DNA of 64,000 bases from Azolla caroliniana (Eukaryota > Plantae > Polypodiophyta): positions 30,380,001-30,444,000 of the forward strand of contig JBHGNT010000001.1 in assembly GCA_043228905.1 (NCBI GenBank), given 5' to 3'. Shown here piece by piece: positions 48,751 through 60,441 of this stretch. Below the pieces are notes generated by a model. That model did no database searches and had not been told where the DNA came from. It worked only from the letters and a program-made list of their open reading frames with translations. The position numbers and the translations under genes are program-made. Each line of letters starts with the position of its first letter. Positions within the stretch are counted from its first letter, which is position 1.

Positions 48751-49700
48751 GAAGTGGGTTGTTCCGGCTCATTATTTTTCAAATAAGAAAGAAAGAAAGA
48801 ACTAATTATACATCATTGATGAATTACAAGTTTGTTTGACTTTAGCAACATGGTTTATTGGGGGTTTATGTTTATGGGAAAGATTGTTAGGAAGAAAATG
48901 CTACTACATTATGGAGGGGTTGAAAGATGCGAAGGAGCTTGTTTTGGTAGAAAAATTGTTTCAATACCAAGAAAAGAGGTGGACAACTTATAGTTTCACT
49001 AACATTGACCTGCATTTGGTAGTATCCTTATCTATGGTCAATAGGACCAGAAGAAGGGTTAGTTGTGTTGCCGTTGACAAAGTGATCTAAAAAACACTCA
49101 AAAACTAAACGCTAAGTTAAGGAGTCAAGTTGGAACAATAAACGCAGTGTGAAAACACAACCCATAGAAGAGGATGGGGTTAGTAATTTGATTAAGAATG
49201 ATAATCGTCATTAGTGGAAGATTAACTTAAAATGGTTGGTGTAATTAAGTCACGTTGCACCAAACAAAACAAAGGCGAGTTAGATGCGAGTGTAGAAAAG
49301 AATTATCAGTTTGGAAAATCAGGACTCAGGAGGAATAAACTGAAAGCAGCCTATGAAGCATCCCCCCTTTTTAGAGCCATGGTACTTGGAGAGAGGTCAG
49401 AACATCCCTTAGCACATCTAATGGTCAGTCTACTAAGGATATTCGAGGAAACAACAAGAACTGGGTGGCGTGCAGGGAAATAAAGATTTTTTCTATACAT
49501 ACATACATACATACATGTATATGTATATATATGTATGTATGTATGTATGTATAACATACTTACTCAGGCACATAGTGAGACTGAGAGAGAGAGAGGCAGA
49601 GGTTCTTTAGCATTGGATAGCCTCAAATCAAGGTCAATCATGCCAGCGATCGGTCAAGACATGCCGATGAGAGAAACATGAAAAACATATAGAGGAAGAT

Positions 49701-52148
49701 ATGGGCAATGAAGAATTCAATCTTATGACCTTACTCAAGGCTTGTGCAAAGAAGAAAGACCTTCATGAAGGTATTAGACTACATGCTTATATTAAAAAAT
49801 TGGGTTTGCTTGAGACTAGTCCTTATATAGCTAGTACCCTAATAAGTGTGTATGCTAGATGTGGAAAGCTCGAGAAAGCTCATAATCTTCTAGAAGTCCT
49901 TCCTTTCCGAGATGTGGTTACTTGGTCAGCGTTGATGGCAGGATATGCTCAATATGGGCATGGTCACATGGCATTGAAGTGTTTCGAAATCATGCGAATA
50001 GAAGGTATATCTCCTGATTCAGTGTCCTATGTTTGTGCCTTGAACGCTTGTGGCATCACTGGGTCCATCGAGATTGGAAAGAGTATTCATGAAGAAGTTA
50101 TGAATTATGCTGAACATTTGACTGATAAAGATGTTGTGCTTGGTACTGCATTGATTGATATGTATGCAAAATGTGGTATGCTTAAAACAGCGCAAAAAGT
50201 GCTTGATGAGCTTCCCTTCAGAGACGTGGTTGCGTGGTCGGCATTGATTGTAGGATATGCCCAACATGGCTATGGGCATGAGGCTATAGATTGCTTCAAA
50301 CAGATGCAGGAAGAGGGTCTGTCTCCAGACACATTCACTTTCAGTTGCATCTTGAAGGCATGTGGTAACACTGGATCTATACATATGGGAATAAGAATCC
50401 ATGAAGAGATTGTGAATAAGAGGTTCCTGGAGAAGAGTGTTGTGCTTGGCAATGCATTGGTTGATATGTATGCCAAATGTGGCGCTCTTAGAAAAGCGCA
50501 AGAGGTATTTGATAAGCTTTGTATACGTGATGTAGTATCATGGAATGCACTCATTTCAGCTTATGCTCAGGATGGCCAAGGTCATGAAGCATTAAACTAT
50601 TTTGAACGTATGCAAAGCGAGGGTCTCTCTCCAAATCAAGTTACCTTTCTTTCTGTCCTCAATGCATGTGGAACTGTAGGGGCTATAGATAAGGGCATAC
50701 AAATCCACCAACAATTTTTTAATAGGGACATGTTGGAGAAGGATATAGTGCTTGGCACAGCGTTGGTGGATATGTATGCAAAATGTGGTATGCTTGCAAA
50801 AGCACAAGAGCTCATTGAAGAACTACCTCTTCGTAACGTGGTATCTTGGTCAGCACTGATTGCTGGATATTCCCAACAGGAACAAGGCCATGGAGCTTTT
50901 GATTGTCTAGAATGGATGAAGAGAGAGGGCCTCTCTCCTAATGCAGTTACTCTTACTTGCATCCTTAAGGCTTGTGCCAACATTGGAGCTATAGACAAGG
51001 GCAAACAAATCCATGATGAAGTTGTGAAGGGAGGCTTGTTGGATAAGGATGTTATGATAGGGAATGCTTTGGTGGACATGTATGCTAAATGTGGTCTCCT
51101 CAATAAAGCACGACAAGTGCTTGATGATGAACTTTCTATCCGAGATGTAGCCACTTGGAATGCACTTATTTATGGGTATGCTCTCCAAGGCCATGGTCAC
51201 GAAGCATTAAAGTGTTTGCAACAAATGCAACATGATGGACTCTCCCCCAATTCAATCACATTCTTATGTGTTTTAAGTGCATGTAGTCGCTCAGGGCTAT
51301 CAAAAGAAGCCCAGACAGTTTTCAACGATATGACTCTAAAGCATGGGATTGCTGCAACTATGGAGCATCATACTTGCATGGTAATAGTCTTTGGATGCGT
51401 GGGTCTCTTTGAGAATGCCATGTCAGTTATTAAGGTAATGCCATCTTCAGATTACTCTGAAGTTTGGCTTGCACTGCTAGGTGCTTGTAGAAAATGGGGG
51501 AATCTGGAGTTCGGAAGAGTGGCTTTTGATCAGGTAGTACAACTTGATAATACTTGTACTCAAGCTTATGTCCATATGGCTAATATCTTTGCATCTGCTG
51601 GTATGCAAGAGGATGCTGAAAGGCTTGAAATGTTGAGACTGAAATATGGTGCTAATGACAAGAAGAAGAAGAAGAAGAAGCAAGGGAAGAAAAGCATGTG
51701 GGCTGATGCAAATGGAATTGTGCATTCATTCTCTTTTGGGGATACAAAGCATTCTCAAATGAAAGGTATTTATGCAAAGCTAAATACAATTGCCTTAAAA
51801 GTATCCCAAGGATGTTCGTCCAATGCTGATTGGGTGTCAAATCATATCATGGATGTAAAAAGGAAGGATGTTCTATGTGGGCACAGTGATAAGCTAGCCA
51901 TAGCTTGTGCTCTTCTCAATACTTATCAAGGGGAATCTATACATATTGTCAATAATATGCATCTTTGTGAGCATTGCCATATCTCGATATCACTTATATC
52001 GAGAATGGAGAAGCGAAAGATTGTAGTTAGAGGTCTGAACGAGCTTCATGTTTTTGAAGATGGTGAATGTGCTTGTGGTGGATTAATGTGGAATGGCCCA
52101 GGAGTTCATCTTCCTTCCCTTTGTTTCTTTGAAAGTCAAAGATCATAG
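49701..52148 (+). CDS. PLS-class PPR protein with E and degenerate DYW domain (RNA-editing-factor family)
   Basis: P-L-S triplets (DVVxWxALIxGYAQ, LxACG, ALVDMYAKCG), E domain (WLALLGACRKWGN, AYVHMANIFA) and DYW-like LCGHSDKLAIA, CEHC, HVFEDGECAC. Confidence 0.95.
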   Translation: MGNEEFNLMTLLKACAKKKDLHEGIRLHAYIKKLGLLETSPYIASTLISVYARCGKLEKAHNLLEVLPFRDVVTWSALMAGYAQYGHGHMALKCFEIMRIEGISPDSVSYVCALNACGITGSIEIGKSIHEEVMNYAEHLTDKDVVLGTALIDMYAKCGMLKTAQKVLDELPFRDVVAWSALIVGYAQHGYGHEAIDCFKQMQEEGLSPDTFTFSCILKACGNTGSIHMGIRIHEEIVNKRFLEKSVVLGNALVDMYAKCGALRKAQEVFDKLCIRDVVSWNALISAYAQDGQGHEALNYFERMQSEGLSPNQVTFLSVLNACGTVGAIDKGIQIHQQFFNRDMLEKDIVLGTALVDMYAKCGMLAKAQELIEELPLRNVVSWSALIAGYSQQEQGHGAFDCLEWMKREGLSPNAVTLTCILKACANIGAIDKGKQIHDEVVKGGLLDKDVMIGNALVDMYAKCGLLNKARQVLDDELSIRDVATWNALIYGYALQGHGHEALKCLQQMQHDGLSPNSITFLCVLSACSRSGLSKEAQTVFNDMTLKHGIAATMEHHTCMVIVFGCVGLFENAMSVIKVMPSSDYSEVWLALLGACRKWGNLEFGRVAFDQVVQLDNTCTQAYVHMANIFASAGMQEDAERLEMLRLKYGANDKKKKKKKQGKKSMWADANGIVHSFSFGDTKHSQMKGIYAKLNTIALKVSQGCSSNADWVSNHIMDVKRKDVLCGHSDKLAIACALLNTYQGESIHIVNNMHLCEHCHISISLISRMEKRKIVVRGLNELHVFEDGECACGGLMWNGPGVHLPSLCFFESQRS

Positions 52149-54143
52149 TGTTCAGGCTTTGGACCATACACGTTGGAACCATGAAAGATGAATGAACCGT
52201 GTAAATCTTTCTTCTTGTGGGCAAGCAAAGAACTCTAGAATGCTAAAACTCTAAACCTATGTCCAGTACTATGGTTGCCTGTATAGCACACTAACCATAT
52301 CGCTGATAACACTCTCAAAACATTGCCTTACCAAAAAGATGTTTCATCTTCAGGGTAAAAATGAAATTGCAAGGATTATACACACAGGAGTATGCTAATC
52401 CATTTGACAATGGCGATCTCATGGAACTAATCTGGTTAACTTATGTCCCAGCGAGATCACATGGAAGAAAAACTGTTCTCCATCTAGCACAAGAATTATA
52501 TAATTGTGAAACATTTTATATGTGAAACCAAATGCTCCATCGTGAGGGATAATAAATTGAAATGGCATGTTGAAACACATGCGCACACATAATATGCACC
52601 TCCAAAATATATCTGCAACATTTTAAATACAGTCTTCTTTGTTAAACCTCTGACCATGGTTGGAAACCGCTGACAAATATGAAGGGTTGGTTGTAATACT
52701 ACCTTTTGAGAGTTTCCAAAAGTAGTTCCACAGTTACGGTGAACAAAAACTTAGGATAAGCTCTTGAAATATCATAAAAAAGGATCTTTGAAGATTCTGA
52801 ACGTAGAGAAAAAATTATGATTATATCCCCAAGAAGAGAAAACGTTTAGTTTTGCATTTCAGCTTAGTTGAAATTCATTTTGTAGAGACCATATAGCTAG
52901 AAAATATTTCTTAATGGGGACAATAGTGCTAGAAATATCATTCAAAGAAGTTATTAAGATGTATTGTTTGTAATGAGATTAAGATTTTGGATTCGCAATT
53001 TGTTCCTGGATAGAAATAATCTTACTAGTCTATAATAAACTTATTTTGTGATCATAAGAATCTCGCTGGAATTTTATTTTGTGATTATTATTGTCTTATT
53101 ATGTTACTGCCGTTGAAAGTTACATTGATACAAACGGAGCAAACAAAGAGAAGTATAGACTTATGAAGCAAAGCAAACAGAGTATCATATAAGGAAAGGC
53201 GTTAAGAAGAAGAAGAAGAAAGTAAACAGAGCAAAGAAATACCCATATAGCAGAAGACATTAAAAGAAGAAAAGAATATCAACCATAACAGAGAAAGAGA
53301 CAACCTATTTATAAGCAAAGCTAACAGAGAAGAGAAGGACCTACAAAATATAGTAAGAAGCAAAGCAAACAGATGAGAGAGAGAAATATGAGAACGTCTG
53401 TAAAAGACTAAAATGGGCTAAAAGAAACAGCTAAATATCTTGTTTCATGAGAACAAATAAACAAGTATGCCTAACTATGCTTCCTAGAGCCATGTGGCAC
53501 GAAGAAGAAAAGCAAACATTGAACTCTGTTTTCTATTGTGCAACGAAGACATTGATCTATTGGGCTGTCTATGATAAGTGGAGGGAAATGTTACTATTTC
53601 TAACGAATGCTAGACTAAAGAAAGATTTCTGGTTTGGTGGGAGAAAGAAAGAAAAGAAAATGTATTAATGTACTGGAGGCCAAAGTCTGCCTTTGAGACA
53701 AATAATGGTTACAAATTTGAGCAGTTCAAGTCATCCATACTTTAAAAAAACGAACATTTAAGAGATTGCTACATTCGATGTAGGTTTCATGAACAAACCA
53801 TGTAGAGTCAATGGTTCTTATGATAGAGTTGACCACTCATGGGGGGGCAATGGTGGCCCCTAAGTGTGTGCGTATATATGTGTATATATATATATACACA
53901 CAGTCTACCAATTAATCTAATGTTTATGCATATATTTGTCTGTGTAATATCATGCATCGCAAAATAAAATAGTATTATTTATATGACGACCTGTTACGAT
54001 CATGCATTTTTCATAAGTTTGCACCTATTCTTCAATAGAGAGCATATGCATGTTTCTACAACATCTCAAATCTCGGAATTTTTACATGCAAAATCAGGTA
54101 TGTGTCTTAATGGGTCCATGGTTGCTGTTGGGTTTGGGAAGAG

Positions 54144-57140
54144 ATGAGAAGCACTGGCATTATGGCATCAGGCCATCATCTTAAGGAAAAACATGATAAT
54201 CACAAGGAGAATATGGCATTTGGGGCCTTGATCAAGGCTTGTGCAGTAAAGAAGGATCTTTCTGGGGGAACTAGATTACATGCTGATATTGTGGAAAGTG
54301 GATTGCTCGGAAAGAGTCCTTTCTTGGCCACCACTTTAGTGCTTATGTATGTGAAATGTGGAGTGCCTTCTAAAGCACAGGAAGTGCTCGACCAACTTGC
54401 CACTAAAGATGTGGTCTCTTGGTCAGCATTAATTTCTGGTTTTGCACAACATGGACAAGGAGACGAAGCCTTAAGCTGTTTTGCACGGATGCAAAATGAG
54501 GGCGTTTCTCCAAATGCGATCACCTTGGCTTGTACCTTGAAGGCATGTGGCAAAGTAGCATCTATCAGCAAAGGAAAGCAAGTTCATGTAGAGATTGTTA
54601 GTATGGGTTTCCTTGAGAAAGATATTGTGCTTGGCACCGCTTTGGTAGATATGTATGCCAAATGTGGTGAGCTTGTGAAAGCACATGACATGCTTCACCG
54701 GCTTCCTATTCGAGATGTCATTGCTTGGTCTGCATTATTGGCTGGGTACACCGAGCATGGACAAATTCATGAAGCTCTAGGTTGTTTTGAACAAATGCAA
54801 TACGAGGGCCTTTCCCCTAATGCAATCACTTTCACTTGCATCTTAAAGGCATGTGCTAACATAGGAGCTCTTGAGAAGGGCGAAGGAATTCATGAAGTGA
54901 TTAGTAGCCATGGCATGCTTGAGAAAGACATCGCGCTCGGCACTGCTTTGGTGGATATGTATGCTAAATGTAATGCACTTGCAAAAGCCCAAAAAGTCCT
55001 GAAAGAGCTTCCTGTTCGAAATGTGGTCACTTGGTCTGCCTTAATTACTGGTTATGCCGAACAAGGGCATGGTCATGAAGCATTGAATTGTTTTGAAGCT
55101 ATGCTATGTGAGGGCCTCTCTCCAGATGTAGTTACATTCATTTGCATCTTGAAAGTATGTGGTAGCATACGGGCCTTAACTAAGGGCAAAGAAATCCACA
55201 AAGAGCTTGTGACTAGGGGCTTGCTCAAAGAAAGTATTGCTGCCGGCAATGCTTTAGTTGATATGTATGTCAAATGTGGAGAGCTTGCAAGAGCACAACA
55301 AGTGCTTAAAGAGCTTCCCCATCGAGACGTTGTCTCTTGGTCATCACTGATTTCAGGATTTTCTCAACACGGACAATGGCATGAAGCTTTGGAGTGTCTT
55401 GACTGGATGCAAAAGGAGGGTCTCTTCCCAAATGAGGTTACATTCATTTGCATCTTGAAAGCATGTAGCAACAGAGAAGCCATACATAAGGGAAAGCAAA
55501 TTCACGAAGAGATTGTGAGACGGGGTCTTCTGAGTAAGGAACTTGTTCTTGGCAATGCTTTGGTGGATATGTATGTTAAATGTGAGCTAATGACAAGAGC
55601 TCAAGAGGCATTGGAAGAGCTTCCTATTCGAGATGTGATCTCTTGGAATTCAGTAATCGCAGGATATGCCCAACTAGGGCAATGCCATGAAGCATTGAAC
55701 TGTTTTGAACGCATGCAAGTAGAGGGTATTTCTCCAGATGTAGTCACTTTCATTTGTATCTTGAAAGGCTGTGGCAGCATAGGTGCTATCAACAAGGGCA
55801 ACCAAATTGAAGGTCAGGCTGTGAATAGTGGCTTTTTGGAAAAGGATATCGAATTGGGGAATACTTTGGTAGATATGTACACAAAATGTGGAGTTCTAAA
55901 AAAAGCGCAACAGATATTAGAAGACCTTCCTGTCCGAGATGCAATCTCCTGGAATGCATTAATTGCAGGGTGTGCCAGCATGGGGCAAGGCCATGAAACT
56001 CTTTCTTATTTTGAACAGATGCGAAGCGAGGGTCATTCTCCAGATGCGGTTACCTACATTTCCATCTTAAGAGCATGTGGTAGCATTAAAAACTCAGACA
56101 AGGGTGAAGAAATTCACAAAGTGATTACAAGGCATGGTTGGCTCGAAAAAGATATCACTCTTGGCAATGCGTTGACTGATATGTATGTTAAATGTGGCAT
56201 GCTTTCAAAAGCACAAGAAGTGCTGGAAGGCCTTCATGGTAAAGATATAGTCTCTTGGAATGCACTGATTTCAGGGTTTGCCCAAGAGGGGCAATATGAG
56301 GAAACATTGGGCTGTTTCCAACGGATGCAAAGCGAGGGTTTCTCTCCTGATACCATCTCATTCATTTGCATCTTGAAGGCTTGTGCTAGTACAGGTGCTA
56401 TAGACAAGGGGAAATGCATACACAGCGAGGTTGTGAATAGAGGATTATTGGTGAATGATATGATACTAGGAAATTGCTTATTGGATATGTATGTGAAGTG
56501 TGGGGAGCTTACACAAGCTAGACAAGTACTCGAAGAGCTTCCAAGTCGAGACATGGCTTGTTTTAACACATTGATCACAGGATATGCTTTGCAAGGTAAC
56601 GGCTATGATGCATTGAACTGTTTCCGGCAAATGCAAGTAGAAGGTCTCGCTCCTGATGAGGTTACTTTCCTATGTGTTCTCACAGCGTGCAGTCATTCTG
56701 GGCTCTTGGATGAGGCTGAAATGCTTTTTGGCAACATGACTAGGGATTATGGCATTGCTCCTACGTTAGAGCACCTTACTTGTATGATTGTGGTTTTTGG
56801 ATCCAGGGGTTTTTTCAAAAAAGTAATGTGGCTGATTAAGGTGATACCGTCGTTTGATAATAATCCAGCAGTGGTTTGGGTTGCATTATTGGGTGTTTGT
56901 AGAAAATGGGGAAATGTAGCGGTTGGAAAGCTAGCTTTTGGTCAAGCAATACAATCAGATAAGGAATGTTCTGGAGCTTATGTCCTTATGGCTAATATAT
57001 TTGCGGCTGCTGGAATGCGAGAGGATGCAGAATGTGTTGAATCTATGAGGCTGAAATATGCTTCAAGGGATCGCATTCAACATTCTCAAAATAATGATAT
57101 CTATGCAAAAGTAAGAGAAATCGCGCTCGAAATATTTTAG
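54144..57140 (+). CDS. PLS-class PPR protein with E domain, DYW domain lost
   Basis: 998-aa intronless ORF of PLS triplets. E domain WVALLGVCRKWGN..AYVLMANIFA. Ends in the E+-like HSQNNDIYAKVREI. Confidence 0.95.
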   Translation: MRSTGIMASGHHLKEKHDNHKENMAFGALIKACAVKKDLSGGTRLHADIVESGLLGKSPFLATTLVLMYVKCGVPSKAQEVLDQLATKDVVSWSALISGFAQHGQGDEALSCFARMQNEGVSPNAITLACTLKACGKVASISKGKQVHVEIVSMGFLEKDIVLGTALVDMYAKCGELVKAHDMLHRLPIRDVIAWSALLAGYTEHGQIHEALGCFEQMQYEGLSPNAITFTCILKACANIGALEKGEGIHEVISSHGMLEKDIALGTALVDMYAKCNALAKAQKVLKELPVRNVVTWSALITGYAEQGHGHEALNCFEAMLCEGLSPDVVTFICILKVCGSIRALTKGKEIHKELVTRGLLKESIAAGNALVDMYVKCGELARAQQVLKELPHRDVVSWSSLISGFSQHGQWHEALECLDWMQKEGLFPNEVTFICILKACSNREAIHKGKQIHEEIVRRGLLSKELVLGNALVDMYVKCELMTRAQEALEELPIRDVISWNSVIAGYAQLGQCHEALNCFERMQVEGISPDVVTFICILKGCGSIGAINKGNQIEGQAVNSGFLEKDIELGNTLVDMYTKCGVLKKAQQILEDLPVRDAISWNALIAGCASMGQGHETLSYFEQMRSEGHSPDAVTYISILRACGSIKNSDKGEEIHKVITRHGWLEKDITLGNALTDMYVKCGMLSKAQEVLEGLHGKDIVSWNALISGFAQEGQYEETLGCFQRMQSEGFSPDTISFICILKACASTGAIDKGKCIHSEVVNRGLLVNDMILGNCLLDMYVKCGELTQARQVLEELPSRDMACFNTLITGYALQGNGYDALNCFRQMQVEGLAPDEVTFLCVLTACSHSGLLDEAEMLFGNMTRDYGIAPTLEHLTCMIVVFGSRGFFKKVMWLIKVIPSFDNNPAVVWVALLGVCRKWGNVAVGKLAFGQAIQSDKECSGAYVLMANIFAAAGMREDAECVESMRLKYASRDRIQHSQNNDIYAKVREIALEIF

Positions 57141-57410
57141 ATTCATTCCTCTTGAAACCTTGTGTATTGCAAATCCACCGCTAGCTGTAACTTCACTATT
57201 AGCTCTGGGAAATTGTATATGTATTTTTCGATGCCCATGATTGAAATTGCTGGCAAATACAAATATTAACATCGTCAGCAACTCAGATGATTGAAATTAA
57301 ATCGTTCTGAATCCCCACTCATGACATGACGATAAGTGGTAAACCAATGTCATGATGACAAGTAGTAAACCAAAATCATGACATAATGATCATAATGTTT
57401 GTCAAATGAC

Positions 57411-57512
57411 ATTTATTTATTTATTTTAATTAATGGGGTTGTGGATGGGGGCTAGGAGGTTGAACTCCTGACCAATGGGCACATATTGGCTTCAATACAA
57501 TTTGAGCATGCA
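57411..57512 (-). mobile_element. Possible degenerate tRNA-derived SINE
   Basis: Minus strand reads GCTCAAATTG ... B-box-like GAGTTCAACCTCC ... then an (AAAT)n tail. Confidence 0.4.
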
Positions 57513-57914
57513 GAACAAATTGTTGCCAATAACTTTTTGCCATGACAACAACAGGCCTTTCTTTAAATCTAAGCCTGTTGGTGATACGGCCCTAGGTTCT
57601 AACAAAATTGTTGCTCTTTTTAGTAAATTACTTTTGCATTGATCTGAAACATGACACCCAGTAGATGTGTAGTTAATAAGCAGTGTCTCAAAATTGTGGT
57701 TCCTTTATTTAATCACTATCACATTGATCTTAAAACGAAACACCTAGTAGGTGCTTAATAATCAACATCTCAAACACAACACCTACCATGTCTGCTTATT
57801 TGTCTTGGTTTGTTTGTATTGGTATTTTTGAAGGTTGTATACCTAAGGTGTCTTTGTTGACTCTGCCCCTCTCTTAGGTCACTCAATGAACATATCTGGT
57901 AATTCACTTTTTGT

Positions 57915-58070
57915 TAGCAGATTGTTGAGTATTCACTGACATTTAATGGTAACAGGTTTTCATGAACACGTCAAAGCTTTAAAATAATTTACTAGCAGAT
58001 TGTTGAGAATTCACTGACATTTATTGGCAACAGTTTTTCATGAACAGGTCAAAGCTTTGAAATAATTTAC
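57915..58070. repeat. 78-bp diverged tandem duplication
   Basis: TAGCAGATTGTTGAG..TTCACTGACATTTA...GTCAAAGCTTT.AAATAATTTAC occurs twice. Confidence 0.85.
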
Positions 58071-58265
58071 TTGTATAAATAAATATTTCTCATCTCCTAA
58101 TGGACTTCCCATCAAACTTAATTGTCATACAAGCAAATTACACTAAGTTGTAATGAGACGAGTTTTTCATTGTCATAAGAATAAAAAAATTTAACTAAAT
58201 TGATTGTCAAGACGTCTTTAAATTCTCGCCTCTTGCAAAGTGCGATACGTGAATAAAAGAAACAG

Positions 58266-58338
58266 TGGAGATGACGGGCATCGATCCCGCTACCTATCGC
58301 ATGCAAAGCGATCGCTCTACCATTTGAGCTACATCCCC
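58266..58338 (-). tRNA. tRNA-Ala (anticodon UGC)
   Basis: GGGGATGTAGCTCAAATGGTAGAGCGATCGCTTTGCATGCGATAGGTAGCGGGATCGATGCCCGTCATCTCCA (73 nt) folds into a cloverleaf with G3:U70 and discriminator A. A T-tract lies downstream. Confidence 0.93.
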
Positions 58339-59732
58339 TTGTTTATATATCAATATCTTTTACCATACTATGTTCTGGTTCTTTATTTTCACATTATTTA
58401 TCTCTTTTCCTTTCACACTCGATGACCGCCTCGTATCAATCACGTCTTCTAGGAAACTACTAAAGGGAGAGGAGTTCCATGGGGTAAAATATAATTGGGG
58501 CAAGTTTGAGGATGTCTACTAATCGATATACTAATTTTGTATAATCTATACGTTAGTTCATCTATTTATAATGACCATGCATGCCTAATGGTCATACTGA
58601 GACCTCTATTTGAAACCCTCCAACTGGACAACAGTAGGCCACTCTAAGCAGCTACTGAATCATTCTTTACTTGTTAGTGATGTATTGGCTCTTTCAATTG
58701 GTAAGGTCATTCCTATACTTTGCTTTGCTTGCAGCTTACAATTCTCGCTTTTGAAGGATGACTAGTTTCTCACAAGCATCATCGTAATCATACTTTGTTC
58801 TCTAGCAACAGTTTTTAGATACTTCTGCTTGCATTACTTTCATGCTGATGTGTTTGCATTACTATAATTGTGCTTTCATTTTGGTTGTAATAGTTTCTGG
58901 ATTTCTTCTAGCAAGCGTGTTATCATTTTCACATTTTGTTCTAGCAACATTTCAGGTTACTTGTTATTGGATTATATACTTGTGCTTGCATGATTTTGAA
59001 ATTTTACTACTCCATATGTCCCACTCTTCCCATCACAAATCCCTGCATAACTAATATCTTTGGTAAACCCAAGCATCCTAATCAACCAAAAGGAAATGCA
59101 TATAGATCCATATAAAGTCTTTAAAGCCTAGTAGAATGGATTCCTTAAGCCTCATGATTCAATACTGTAGAAAGAAATGATTTCTTTGAGCCTACAAATG
59201 ATGCATTTCAATACAGATTGATTTTGATGGCCACAATTTGTCATACCTACAAAAATGAAGAACCTTCAGGAATTTAAATAGAAAAGACAATTGACTGCAA
59301 TAAAGCTGGCCATTTACACTGGCGTACATCAAATTTATTTTCATATCTATTAGAATGAATAAAGCCCCCACATATTCACACAACAGAGACTTTGACTACA
59401 GCCAAACTACCAATAATGTGGTGATGTACATTGACAAATACCAAATTGAGACCTCCAAGTACGTAATCTTCTCAAATTGATTGCGGTTACGTTGCATAAG
59501 AGACCACCCAATCAAACATATATCATTAGGTAATCTTCTCTCAGATGACTAACACCTAGTGTTTTGAATCTAGATCCGTTTTTCTTAAAAATGCTTCGTT
59601 CGAAAATTGAGGCAATGAACCCAAAAGACATGTTTACCCTGCAGTGCTTTTACTTTGTTGAGATCCTTTTTAGAGAGATAAGCAAAGGAGTAGCCTCTTC
59701 TCAAGGCCAAAGAATATGATTTCGATTGATAA

Positions 59733-60400
59733 TCAGTTACACCAATTTAACATTATTCCAAAAAAGAATTGAAAGTTTGAATGCTCTGCATGTCTAAAAT
59801 GTGGAGAGTGGCAAATGCTATTGAGCTCCACCATACTTTTAAACAAGAACCTCCATAACAATGCCCTGGCCCAGTAAATCTTGCATGGTACAGCTGCAAA
59901 TAAATCTGGGTATAGGACCTCAATGGAGGCACTCTCTTCTTGCCTGCTCAGATCTCTTTCTTGGGAAGCCTTAATGCCTTTGCCTAGTAGATATTGAGTA
60001 GTACATCCAGAAGGAAAGCCTCCTAAGATCCTCCAGCAAAAACACATAGGATTTAGGGTTTATATATTGTATTCACGACCACACATATTGTTTTAACTCC
60101 AGCTAAAACATATACAACAAGGCAACCTCCATTTGATGCCCACAATAATGATTAAACATTTCCAGCTGCAATAAATATCTCAAGGTAATCTCCTTGGCAT
60201 AACCCCATCCATTGTTCTACATCTCAAGCATTTTAACAAAATACTTAATAACTGCCTTGCCCGGTAAATATTGCAGAGTCAAGCTTCAATTTAAAAACTC
60301 GATAACACAACTCCAAGAAGGCAATCTCCTCTCGCATAAGCACACAATATATCCAAATGTTCTACCTCTTCCCTTCTTAGCGAATGCTGCATCCAAAGTC
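59733..60400 (-). pseudogene. Possible degenerate LINE 3' fragment
   Basis: CFCWRILGGFPSG resembles the zf-RVT-proximal FLWxxLxGxLPTG region of LINE ORF2. Very eroded. Confidence 0.3.
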
Positions 60401-60441
60401 ATAATAATAAAATAGAATGGTACTTAACATATCCACTGCCT

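Noticed and set aside
50019-56578. Antisense ORFs within the PPR genes
   Set aside because: Shadow frames of repetitive PPR coding sequence.
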